This document shows, in pieces, positions 20,994 through 29,888 of a stretch of DNA of 64,000 nt (position 1 is its first letter; each line of letters begins with the position of its first letter). The notes beneath the pieces are model-generated. The model did not search any database. It had not been told where the DNA came from and was given only the letters and a program-made list of their open reading frames with translations. The position numbers and the translations under genes were made by a program. The DNA lies in contig OY776510.1 of the NCBI GenBank assembly GCA_963675665.1, forward strand, positions 339,467 through 403,466. The letters are read 5' to 3'. The DNA comes from Spirochaetia bacterium. GTDB lineage: Bacteria > Spirochaetota > Spirochaetia > UBA9216.

Positions 20994-21716
20994 ATGAACA
21001 ACAAGAATTTCAGGGAATTGAAGTCTCCCAGCCTGAAGGAATTATTTGTACAGGAAATTGAATCAATGATTATATCCGGGCAGCTGCAGACGGGCGAACG
21101 CCTTCCCCCGGAAAGGGAGCTTTCCGAAAAAATGCATGTCAGCCGCAGTGTTATAAATTCAGGCGTTTCAGAGCTTGCAGCAAAGGGATTTCTTGAAGTT
21201 GTACCCAGACAGGGGACCTTTATTTCCGATTATAAACGTAAAGGCTCTTTTGGAATTCTCTCATCAATCATGAATTATCACGGGGGCAAGCTTGACCATG
21301 AAATATTTCAGTCGCTGATGGCAATCCGCCAATTAATTGAAATAGAAAGCGCCAGCCTTGCGGCCGTCAAGAGAACGGATGAAGATCTGAAAGAACTTGA
21401 AGAGATAGTAAACAATAAAATGCTCCTGGATATCAGTAACCCCGATTATATTGCGGAACAGAATTTCCTGTTTCACTACAAAATTACCCTTGCGTCGGGG
21501 AATATCCTTTATGCGCTGTTGATGGGATCTTTCGAGCCGCTCTGTATTGAATTGATTCGGAAATATTTTCATGCCGGGGAGAATTCAGAAATATCAGTCC
21601 ACAGGCATAAAAAACTGTTTAATGCGATAAAGGCCCGCGACCCTGAAAAGGCAGCACAGCAAATGAAGGAAATTCTGACGCACGGGGCTTCAATACTGTC
21701 ACGTATAGCCCAATAG
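20994..21716 (+). CDS. GntR family transcriptional regulator (FCD subfamily)
   Basis: 240 aa. wHTH (ERELSEKMHVSRSVINSGVSELAAKGFL) plus FCD domain. Divergent from the oxidoreductase pair. Confidence 0.8.
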   Translation: MNNKNFRELKSPSLKELFVQEIESMIISGQLQTGERLPPERELSEKMHVSRSVINSGVSELAAKGFLEVVPRQGTFISDYKRKGSFGILSSIMNYHGGKLDHEIFQSLMAIRQLIEIESASLAAVKRTDEDLKELEEIVNNKMLLDISNPDYIAEQNFLFHYKITLASGNILYALLMGSFEPLCIELIRKYFHAGENSEISVHRHKKLFNAIKARDPEKAAQQMKEILTHGASILSRIAQ

Positions 21717-21749
21717 TCCGTTTATGCTTCGAACTGCTTCCGTTCTGAT

Positions 21750-23105
21750 TTAAATCACAAGCATTATCTGAACGTCGCAGACATTTGTATTTGTCGGACC
21801 TGTTACAAGGAGTCCCCCGGTCTGTCTGAAGTAATTGTATGAATCGTTATTGTCCAGGTAATCCTGAATGCTCAGCCCGGCAGCCCTTCCGGCGGCGGCT
21901 ATGTCGTCCGCGGCGAATGCTCCGGCGGCATCGGTCGGCCCGTCGTTACCGTCGGTACCGCCTGAAAGAAAATAAATCTGCGGCGTATCTTTCAGTTCAT
22001 TCAGAAACGCCAGCGCCATCTCCTGATTTCGGCCGCCCAGGCCTTTACCCTTTATCGTAACGGTTGTTTCGCCGCCGCCGATTATACAGGCAGGCCGCGG
22101 AAGCATACCCTGATCTCGAAGGATGTCGCGGCCTATACCCAGGTAGAACTTCGCCGCTTCGGATGCTTCTCCGGTTATCTGTGACGACAGGATTTTTGTG
22201 TTATAACCCAATTCAACAGCCTTGTTCTCCGCAGAGCGGAGCGCCGCGAGGTTTGTCCCGATAAGGATATTCTTTACCCGCTGAAAAACCCCGGAGCCTG
22301 ATTTCGGCGTTTCCGGGACTTCACCGGCAACACCTTTTTCGATAAGTTCGCGGACGGCAGCGGGAAGACGTTCCCCGATTTTGTATTTGGAAATTATCGC
22401 GGCGGCATCGGAAAAGAAGGACCCGTCGGGCACTGTCAGGCCCGATGCTATCGAATCAAGCCTGTCGCCGATTACATCGGACAGAATCAGGTTCAGGACC
22501 TCGGCAGGGAACATTGCCTCGGCAAGCCGGCCGCCCTTGATCCCGGAGAGATGCTTTCTGATGGTATTTATTTCTGCGATTTCAGCTCCGCATTCAAGAA
22601 GCAGTTTCGTTGTCTGCTGTTTTTCATCAAGGCTGAGATTAATTCCGCCGGAAGCATAGGGTTTACACAAAAGGGCTGAGCCCCCGCCCGAGATAAGGTT
22701 GATTACAAGCGACTTTTCATCGGCGGAAGACACGAGCTTCAGAATTTCGGAGGCGGCCCGGCTGCTTTGATCATCGGGTACGGGGTGTCCGGCCTCGATT
22801 GTTTTTATATATTCCAGCCTCTCGGTATGTCCGTATTTTACAGAGATAAGCCCGGCGGTAATCCGTTCACCAAGAATTGCCTCCAGCCCCTTTGCCATCC
22901 TGGCCGTGGCCTTGCCGGCCCCGGTTACAATTATCCGGTTGAACGCAGACAAGTCGTATTCCGCCTTCTGATCCGGCAGAGTTACAGAAAAACGATCTCC
23001 GTCAAGCCTACACTGCTGAAGAAGCATGGCTTCCGGGTCAACCCGTCTTACCGAGGCGTTGAATATCGCCTTAAGATCCTCTCTATACTCTCTGCCTTTA
23101 GTCAT
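21750..23105 (-). CDS. glycerate 2-kinase, MOFRL family (DUF4147 + MOFRL)
   Basis: 451 aa. GckA/TtuD-like architecture; glycine-rich GGGETTV and GGTDGNDGPTD motifs. Confidence 0.7.
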   Translation of the reverse strand: MTKGREYREDLKAIFNASVRRVDPEAMLLQQCRLDGDRFSVTLPDQKAEYDLSAFNRIIVTGAGKATARMAKGLEAILGERITAGLISVKYGHTERLEYIKTIEAGHPVPDDQSSRAASEILKLVSSADEKSLVINLISGGGSALLCKPYASGGINLSLDEKQQTTKLLLECGAEIAEINTIRKHLSGIKGGRLAEAMFPAEVLNLILSDVIGDRLDSIASGLTVPDGSFFSDAAAIISKYKIGERLPAAVRELIEKGVAGEVPETPKSGSGVFQRVKNILIGTNLAALRSAENKAVELGYNTKILSSQITGEASEAAKFYLGIGRDILRDQGMLPRPACIIGGGETTVTIKGKGLGGRNQEMALAFLNELKDTPQIYFLSGGTDGNDGPTDAAGAFAADDIAAAGRAAGLSIQDYLDNNDSYNYFRQTGGLLVTGPTNTNVCDVQIMLVI

Positions 23106-23137
23106 ATATTTCTCCCGTCCGTTCTGATCTTGATATT

Positions 23138-24496
23138 CTAGTGATACGACGGACCTATCAGCTTTTCAGGAAGCCAGGTTATAATCTCCGGAAAAACTAT
23201 ACAAAGTACCAGCACCAGCATGATAATAAGAACAAAAGGAATAACTCCTTTTATTATATCACCCATGGTAAGCCCCAGTTTGGGATCAGCTGTCCCTTTA
23301 AGCACAAATATCGACATGGCCATAGGCGGCGTCTGAAAAGCCATCTGAAGGTTTATACAAATCATCATTCCCGCCCACAGGGGATTAAAACCAAGCTGAG
23401 TAAGTATCGGGGAAAAAATCGGAACAATGATAAATACAATACCTATCCATTCTATGAACATCCCAAGCAGAAATACAATAAGCATAATAACCGCAAAAGA
23501 GGCCCATTTGCCGCCGGGAACTGCAAGGATGAGCTTTGTTACAACATCTCCTGATCCGGCGCTCATAAATATTCCGACAAAAGCATAACATAAAGCAGCT
23601 ATTATAACAACAAAGGAACTTACCCTAAGGGTTTCGATCGCGGCATGCTTAATAAGGCTCCAGCTGAATTTCCTGTATATTATCGCCAGAATAACTGCTG
23701 CAAGACTTCCTACAGCGGCAGCCTCGGTAGGAGGCGCCATTCCTGAAAAAATTGTACCCAAAACAGCAATAATCAGGGCAACCGGAGGAACAAGGGATTT
23801 CATAAGTTTTACGAATTTGGCCATAGAAAACGGAGTTATTTCACTTTCAGACATTGCAGGTCCCGCTTCCGGCTGCAGACGGCACCTTATTGCAATATAT
23901 GCAACATAGAGCGCCGAAAGCAGCAGTCCGGGGAAAATAGCGCCCATGAACATCTGGCCGATCGAAAGCCCGGCCTGGGGTCCGTAGACTACAAGCATTA
24001 TACTCGGAGGAATAAGAATCCCCAGGGTTCCGGAGGCTACTATGGTACCTGCTGCAAGCGGCTTGTTATATCCGCGTGTTATCATGGGACCTAACGCTAT
24101 AAGCGTAAGTATGGTAACGGAAGCCGCAATTACCCCCAGGCAAGCAGCAAGGATAGTCCCGAATATAACGGTAACTATGGCAAGTCCGCCCTTAAGACCT
24201 CCGAGCGATTCGTACAGACTTTCATACAGCGTTTTCGTTATTCCCGAATGCTGGAGTATTACCCCCATAAAAGTGAACAGAGGTACCGCCAGATAAGGAT
24301 AATTAAGCGAAAGGCCGTAAAAACGGCTGTAAAGAATGTGAAAAGTTGTTTCAGGCCCGAAAACGAGAAATCCGACAATGAACGAAACACTTCCGATTAC
24401 AAAAGCGATGGGGAAACCGGTTAAGACCAGTGCAAAAACTCCCCCGAGCATTAAAAAGGTTACGAGTTCTGCGCTTATATCAATCAATTTTCTCAC
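23138..24496 (-). CDS. dctM: TRAP transporter large permease subunit
   Basis: 452 aa, 12-TM DctM family. Confidence 0.85.
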   Translation of the reverse strand: MRKLIDISAELVTFLMLGGVFALVLTGFPIAFVIGSVSFIVGFLVFGPETTFHILYSRFYGLSLNYPYLAVPLFTFMGVILQHSGITKTLYESLYESLGGLKGGLAIVTVIFGTILAACLGVIAASVTILTLIALGPMITRGYNKPLAAGTIVASGTLGILIPPSIMLVVYGPQAGLSIGQMFMGAIFPGLLLSALYVAYIAIRCRLQPEAGPAMSESEITPFSMAKFVKLMKSLVPPVALIIAVLGTIFSGMAPPTEAAAVGSLAAVILAIIYRKFSWSLIKHAAIETLRVSSFVVIIAALCYAFVGIFMSAGSGDVVTKLILAVPGGKWASFAVIMLIVFLLGMFIEWIGIVFIIVPIFSPILTQLGFNPLWAGMMICINLQMAFQTPPMAMSIFVLKGTADPKLGLTMGDIIKGVIPFVLIIMLVLVLCIVFPEIITWLPEKLIGPSYH

Positions 24497-24998
24497 CCCT
24501 TATCAAAAAATAAAAATCTCGAATAAATTTAGCCAATCCCTGCAGAATCAGCATCAACAACCCCAGGGCGAATATAATTCTGTACGGAGCCGCCGGAGGA
24601 TACCAGAAGCTGTTGAACATCACCTCATTAACCATCACAGCCTTTACAGACCACTTCACCGCAAGCTTAAACATGATGATCATCAGCGGAAAAAACAGAA
24701 TCAATGAACAGATTACATCCATAAGTGCCTGTTTTCTCTCAGACAGCTGGCTGTAGATAAGATCAACTCTGGTATGAGAATCTTTCAGATAAGTGTATGA
24801 GGCTCCGAGCAGATACAGGGCGCCTCCGGCCATACAGAGGCTGTCATAGGCCCAGATTGTAGGAGCGTTAAAGAAATGTCTGGATATGGTTTCGTACGAT
24901 CCTATCAGAACAAGGAGCACAGCAAACCACTTACCCACCTGCCCGGCTTTTTCACTTATCATATCAATCGTTTTTATCAATATTCTTAAAAAGGTCAT
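24480..24998 (-). CDS. dctQ: TRAP transporter small permease subunit
   Basis: 172 aa, 4-TM protein. Lies immediately upstream of dctM and overlaps it. Confidence 0.7.
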   Translation of the reverse strand: MTFLRILIKTIDMISEKAGQVGKWFAVLLVLIGSYETISRHFFNAPTIWAYDSLCMAGGALYLLGASYTYLKDSHTRVDLIYSQLSERKQALMDVICSLILFFPLMIIMFKLAVKWSVKAVMVNEVMFNSFWYPPAAPYRIIFALGLLMLILQGLAKFIRDFYFLIRGEKID

Positions 24999-25068
24999 GC
25001 TATGACTCCTTATAAAACAGGCCCCCGCTGCCGTTTTGACAGTAGGGACCCGTATTAAAAATAGTTAA

Positions 25069-26142
25069 TTAATGAACTGCGTCGTATGCTTCACCATATT
25101 CTTTCATCGACTGGTAGATTTTGCCGAAAATAGGATCTTCCGTAGCAGACTTCTCTTTATAGAAGGCTGCAGCTTCTGCTGTAAGAGCTTCTTCAATGTC
25201 GGACGGTACCTTGTATACTTCTACACCCGCTCCCCTGAATTTCTCAATAGCGTTTACTGATTCATAAACAAGGTATTCATGCTGGGCCTGGGTCCATCTG
25301 TCTATTTCACTCTGAACAATTTCCTTCAGATCATCCGGAAGTTCATTCCATGCGTCCTTGTTAACAAAGAACACCTGCGGATCACTGGGAGCTCTTGTCG
25401 GTGAGATGTAAAGATAAGGCGCTACTTCATTAAAATGCATGTTCCAGTTTGTCGCCAGGGTTGAGTATTCAAAGGCGTCGATAGTACCACGCTGCATGGC
25501 TTCATAACATTCGCTGCCCGGGATTATAACGGTTGCCGCACCCATTCTCTTAAGTACTTCACCTCCGTCGCCCATACATCTTGCCTTAAGACCTTTAATA
25601 TCCGCAAGACTTTCAAGCTTGACTTTGGAATGAAAGAAAACTTCTTCCGGGAGCGGAGACAGCGCTCCGGGGAACGTGATTACATCATAGCCTTCCATCA
25701 TTTCATTCATCAGGTCAGCTCCGCCGCCGTAGTTGAACCAGGTTCTAAGCGATTCTCCCGGTAGTCCGCCCGGACGGGAGCTTATAAGGCCGGCTGCAGG
25801 CCATTTATCCAGATTGTACATCGGACAGGTATAACCCATCTGAAGAACACCTTCGTTAATGGCATCAAGTTCTTTGTATGCCGGAACAATCGAACCTCCG
25901 ACAAACGGTTTAACCTCAAGTCTTCCGCCGCTGGCAAGCGTGATGGCTTCACAGCATTTATCATGAAAAATCTGTGACGGATCAGTTGCCGGTCCATGTC
26001 CTGAAGATTTCCAGACAATCTTTTCAACCTTCTTTACAGGTTCATCACCTGCCGCTGCAGTTTCTTTTTCTGCACAAGAAGTCATCCCGAACACAAGAAG
26101 CACAGCAAGCAGAATTAATACAGCTTTTTGTCTTTTAAACAT
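25069..26142 (-). CDS. dctP: TRAP transporter solute-binding subunit, DctP family (lipoprotein)
   Basis: 357 aa. Signal peptide with lipobox (GMTSC); DctP-family fold motifs. Confidence 0.8.
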   Translation of the reverse strand: MFKRQKAVLILLAVLLVFGMTSCAEKETAAAGDEPVKKVEKIVWKSSGHGPATDPSQIFHDKCCEAITLASGGRLEVKPFVGGSIVPAYKELDAINEGVLQMGYTCPMYNLDKWPAAGLISSRPGGLPGESLRTWFNYGGGADLMNEMMEGYDVITFPGALSPLPEEVFFHSKVKLESLADIKGLKARCMGDGGEVLKRMGAATVIIPGSECYEAMQRGTIDAFEYSTLATNWNMHFNEVAPYLYISPTRAPSDPQVFFVNKDAWNELPDDLKEIVQSEIDRWTQAQHEYLVYESVNAIEKFRGAGVEVYKVPSDIEEALTAEAAAFYKEKSATEDPIFGKIYQSMKEYGEAYDAVH

Positions 26143-26190
26143 CTATTCCCTCCTGAATAATTAATAATGAGCTGCGGGATTTCCGCCGAC

Positions 26191-27024
26191 TCAATAATCC
26201 AAAAAAATACTGCTTCCGGTGCTGTTATGAAAAAAACTGCTGCCTTCACGTTCAAGCCTCTTCATTCCATCAACACCGGTACAGTGAGAAACTCCCAGTA
26301 TTTTAATATTGTCGTTGCTGAGATATTTAATGGACATCTCAAGGTTCTCACCAGAAGCCTCAACCAGGTGAGTTCCCCCGAGAACCGCATATACAGGCTT
26401 ATCAAACTCTGCATATACAGTATCAATCATATTTTTAACCCCCGGATGAGAGCATCCAAGCAACACGACCATGCCCAGAGGAGTTTCTATTGCGATTAAA
26501 ATTTCATCGTTAAAAGGATCGCTTACAAACCGGTTGTTTTTTTTCAGTTTAAAGCGGGAATTAATTGTTTCGTCTGTATTACTGCGAATAAAATCCGTAA
26601 TTATAAAGATTCCGTTCCCAAGATCTGTCTTCCGGCTTTCAATAAAGCTGTGTTTGATATTTTTTTCCGTCAAATCCGCTTCAATGAAATTGTTTCCAAG
26701 GTATTCATATGAATTGTTCCGGTATCCGTATTTTTCTTCGAAAAAACCGTTTCCTAGAAAAAGTTTAAAATCATCGTTTATATCAGCCAAAGCCATCAGA
26801 CCGCCGGTGTGATCATAGTGACCGTGGCTGAGTATAACCTTCTCAACCCTTCTCAAATCCAAATTGAGCTGGGCAGCATTGTATAAAAAAGCATCAGTCT
26901 GCCCTGCATCGAACAACAGCATCGAACCATCCTTTTCGATGCAGAATGAAATGCCATGCTCGGTTTTTAACCCAAGGTGTTCACCCCGGCTGTTTTCAAT
27001 CAACGTAGTAATCTTCAATGGCAT
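26191..27024 (-). CDS. MBL-fold metallo-hydrolase
   Basis: HxHxDH motif (SHGHYDHTGG) and downstream His/Asp ligands. Confidence 0.7.
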   Translation of the reverse strand: MPLKITTLIENSRGEHLGLKTEHGISFCIEKDGSMLLFDAGQTDAFLYNAAQLNLDLRRVEKVILSHGHYDHTGGLMALADINDDFKLFLGNGFFEEKYGYRNNSYEYLGNNFIEADLTEKNIKHSFIESRKTDLGNGIFIITDFIRSNTDETINSRFKLKKNNRFVSDPFNDEILIAIETPLGMVVLLGCSHPGVKNMIDTVYAEFDKPVYAVLGGTHLVEASGENLEMSIKYLSNDNIKILGVSHCTGVDGMKRLEREGSSFFHNSTGSSIFLDY

Positions 27025-27046
27025 AATGCTTTTTATTCTCCTCTTT

Positions 27047-27745
27047 TCAGTTGCTTTGCATTGACCTCCTGATATCCTCTACGGCATTATTCAGATGCTC
27101 CAGCATCGCCGCTTCCGCTTTTTCAGGATTGCCGGCCTTTATGGCCTTTACAATGGCTTTATGCTCACCAACGGTTTTCTCTATTCTTCCCGGAACATGC
27201 AGACTTGAAATCCACCCTTCCGGAAGCGATTTGGTCATCGCTTTCATTATGAAATAAAGGGTCCTGTTTTTGGTTGATTTCGCGAGCAGTTCATGGAACC
27301 TCTCATCACACTTTATAAGGCTCCCGGTGCTTCCCCCCGGCATTTCCGCCTCAAAATCGCTACAGGCTTTCTCCAGCTTTTCGATATCATGATCATCAGC
27401 TTTCATAGCGGAGTGCGCAGCAGCTTTCGGATCGATAATCAGCCTTACTTCAAAATGATCAAAAATAGATTCTTCATTTGATCTAAGCCATTCCTGAAAA
27501 GCCGCCAGCTCATGCTGGATCGAATCAGCTATAAAGATTCCCTTTCCGTGCTTAACGGAAACATACCCGGTTGCTTCAAGAATCCTGACAGCTTCCCTTA
27601 TTGAAGACCTGCTGACTTCAAGTTTTTTTGTCAGTTCATTCTCTGAGTAAAATTTATCGCCCGGGGAAAAGCCGTCTTCGCTAATCATCTGCTTGATTGC
27701 TTCGATAACCCGATCCGACAGTCTGATTTTTTTTATCGGTTCCAT
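27047..27745 (-). CDS. GntR family transcriptional regulator (FCD subfamily)
   Basis: wHTH (ENELTKKLEVSRSSIREAVRILEATGYV) plus FCD domain. ATG at 27745 is preceded by AAGGTGG; the track's GTG at 27754 is less likely. Confidence 0.8.
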   Translation of the reverse strand: MEPIKKIRLSDRVIEAIKQMISEDGFSPGDKFYSENELTKKLEVSRSSIREAVRILEATGYVSVKHGKGIFIADSIQHELAAFQEWLRSNEESIFDHFEVRLIIDPKAAAHSAMKADDHDIEKLEKACSDFEAEMPGGSTGSLIKCDERFHELLAKSTKNRTLYFIMKAMTKSLPEGWISSLHVPGRIEKTVGEHKAIVKAIKAGNPEKAEAAMLEHLNNAVEDIRRSMQSN

Positions 27746-27759
27746 TTTTACCACCTTAT

Positions 27760-27782
27760 AGATATCTTATCATCAGATATCT
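27760..27782. promoter_or_regulatory. twin self-complementary AGATATCT octamers (7-bp spacing) just upstream of the GntR start
   Basis: AGATATCT at 27760-27767 and 27775-27782; each is its own reverse complement. Candidate operator. Confidence 0.3.
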
Positions 27783-27873
27783 ACTCATCAGACAAGTTGA
27801 TTCTACACCTGCCTGAATAATATGTCAAGATTTATTGAATACATTTTAAGTCCTTTTTTGGAGATACTAACTG

Positions 27874-27907
27874 TTAGCAGCATGTATGCTCATCAGACAT
27901 GCTGCTA
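27874..27907. promoter_or_regulatory. perfect 11-bp inverted repeat TTAGCAGCATG(12)CATGCTGCTAA in deoC-GntR intergenic region
   Basis: Stem-loop or operator. No T-tract follows, so it is not a canonical terminator. Confidence 0.3.
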
Positions 27908-28052
27908 ATGATAATGAAATTAAATCCGTGAGTCAATTCAACTTTTTATTCAGTGATTAGTTATCAAATCCGCATGTAAATAAAAAATAAACCCCGAATC
28001 AACTCTTTCGAATTCACCCGGGGCTGTCGGTATGCAGGAAAACCGAATCTGC

Positions 28053-28832
28053 CTAATACCCGCTCTCAATCGTCTGGCCGCTGATTATTTTTATTCCGCC
28101 GCTGGTGCCCAGCCTTGTAGCTCCGGCTTTGATCATTGCAACAGCATCATCAAATGTCCGGACCCCTCCGGCAGCCTTTACTTCGGCATGTGCACCTACA
28201 GTCTTTTTCATCAGCGCAACATGTTCGGGTTTTGCACCGGCAGTTGAGAACCCGGTTGAGGTTTTTACAAAGTGCGCCCCCGTTTCCTTGCAGATCTGAC
28301 AGGCAAGAATAATTTCCTCTTCCGTAAGAAGGGCGGTTTCTATTATGACTTTCAGTTTCGCCCTCTGGCCGCATGCCCGAAGGACCCAAAGCACATCGTC
28401 TTTAACAAGTTTCAGGTCCCGTGATTTAAGGGCGCCGATATTCATTACCATATCGATTTCGTTTGCCCCGTCCTCAATAGCATGACGTGCTTCAAAATGT
28501 TTGCTTCGACTGTTCATGGCGCCGAGAGGAAAGCCTACAACGGAACAAACCTTTACATCCGTTCCCCGAAGGTTCCCGGCACAGCGTTCAACCCAGGTTG
28601 TATTCACGCATACTGAATAAAACCCGTACTCTTTAGCCTCGCTGCAGAGCTTGTCTATATCCTCAGCTGTCGCCTCAGGCTTCAGCAATGTATGATCTAT
28701 ATATTTGGCCAGTTCCGAAGGCCTAATGCTCAAGCTATCTCCGGTGTTTTTCCCGGTAGAAAAAGCCGGTTCAGCTTTCAGCCTGCTGACAACCTCTTTG
28801 GTTATGCTCTCAATCAGTTCATTTTCATCCAT
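28053..28832 (-). CDS. deoC: deoxyribose-phosphate aldolase with ~40-aa N-terminal extension (putative encapsulation peptide)
   Basis: Short-type DeoC core (KYIDHTLLKPEAT, VCVNTTWV, KVCSVVGFPLGA, FVKTSTGF). It is preceded by the amphipathic helix MDENELIESITKEVVSRLKAE and a low-complexity linker that free-standing DeoC lacks. Confidence 0.85.
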   Translation of the reverse strand: MDENELIESITKEVVSRLKAEPAFSTGKNTGDSLSIRPSELAKYIDHTLLKPEATAEDIDKLCSEAKEYGFYSVCVNTTWVERCAGNLRGTDVKVCSVVGFPLGAMNSRSKHFEARHAIEDGANEIDMVMNIGALKSRDLKLVKDDVLWVLRACGQRAKLKVIIETALLTEEEIILACQICKETGAHFVKTSTGFSTAGAKPEHVALMKKTVGAHAEVKAAGGVRTFDDAVAMIKAGATRLGTSGGIKIISGQTIESGY

Positions 28833-28837
28833 AATTT

Positions 28838-29338
28838 TTATCCGTTTCCCCTTTCCACAGCCATCATTTTATTAATCCTCGGCCAGTGCCTGCCGCCTTC
28901 GAAGCGTGTCTCAAGCCATATTTTTACCATTTCGCACAGCTCCCGGGGCTGGTGCAGCGGTCCTCCGAGTGTTAATACATTTGCGTTATTGTGTAATCGG
29001 CTGTTTTTCACCGTTACTATATCATAACACAGAGCGGCGCGTATACCTCTTACCTTGTTGCAGACCATCGACGATCCTATTCCGGCGCCGTCTATCATTA
29101 TTCCGCGCGAATCATCTTCAGCGGCCACCTTTCTGGCAACCTTCACCGCATAATCAGGGTAATCCACGCTTTCTTTTGAAAAAGTGCCTACGTCCTCCAC
29201 CCTGTAACCGAGCGTTTCAATATATCTTTTCAGGATTTCCTTGGATTCGAAACCTCCGTGGTCCGAGCCGATATATATCTTTGTAATCTTATCGGTACTG
29301 TTCTTTTCACTGAAATCAACACTGTTATACATAATCAC
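28838..29338 (-). CDS. rpiB: RpiB/LacA/LacB family sugar-phosphate isomerase
   Basis: 166 aa. IGSDHGGFE and GxGxG motifs of ribose-5-phosphate isomerase B. Confidence 0.8.
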   Translation of the reverse strand: MIMYNSVDFSEKNSTDKITKIYIGSDHGGFESKEILKRYIETLGYRVEDVGTFSKESVDYPDYAVKVARKVAAEDDSRGIMIDGAGIGSSMVCNKVRGIRAALCYDIVTVKNSRLHNNANVLTLGGPLHQPRELCEMVKIWLETRFEGGRHWPRINKMMAVERGNG

Positions 29339-29607
29339 CCCGCTGTTGTAATTTCATCAATTATTCCGACAATTACCGTCCGTATCGGTAGCCCCGACGA
29401 GTTTAAAACCAGGTTTGCCGAACCGCCCTCGTCAATAACAAGCACCCTGTCTCCCGTGCCGGCCTGCACCGTATCCACTGCGATAAAAGACGCTCCGGCC
29501 CTGCCGCCGTCCGGGGCTTCCGGCGTTACGATCAATAATTTCAGATTCTTCAGAGCTCCAATTTTCGCATCGGCGACAACAGTTCCGGTAACCCTGCCTG
29601 CAATCAT
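29335..29607 (-). CDS. BMC vertex protein (BMC-P, EutN/CcmL/PduN family)
   Basis: 90 aa. MIAGRVTGTVVA... GxVxxT motif and EutN_CcmL fold. Confidence 0.85.
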   Translation of the reverse strand: MIAGRVTGTVVADAKIGALKNLKLLIVTPEAPDGGRAGASFIAVDTVQAGTGDRVLVIDEGGSANLVLNSSGLPIRTVIVGIIDEITTAG

Positions 29608-29876
29608 ACTTCCGCCTTTTCCAGCTGATCAATAATACCGATTACCGCGGCATCAGCCGGATTAAACTGATTTCTCATCGACATCGCGGCCTCTCTGCCG
29701 CCCTCGTAAATCACCAAATCGCCGGGACCCGCCTGGACCGTATCGCAGGCAACTATCGGAGGGCCCTTTTCTTTCATTTCATCATCAAGCGGCTGGATAA
29801 GAAGCAGGATTTCTCCTTCAAAAGATTCCACCTTGACGGAACATACAACCGAACCCGTTACTCTTGCTATCTTCAT
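29604..29876 (-). CDS. BMC vertex protein (BMC-P, EutN/CcmL/PduN family)
   Basis: 90 aa. MKIARVTGSVVC...DTVQAGPGD; paralog of the adjacent BMC-P. Confidence 0.85.
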   Translation of the reverse strand: MKIARVTGSVVCSVKVESFEGEILLLIQPLDDEMKEKGPPIVACDTVQAGPGDLVIYEGGREAAMSMRNQFNPADAAVIGIIDQLEKAEV

Positions 29877-29888
29877 ATCTCAACCGCC

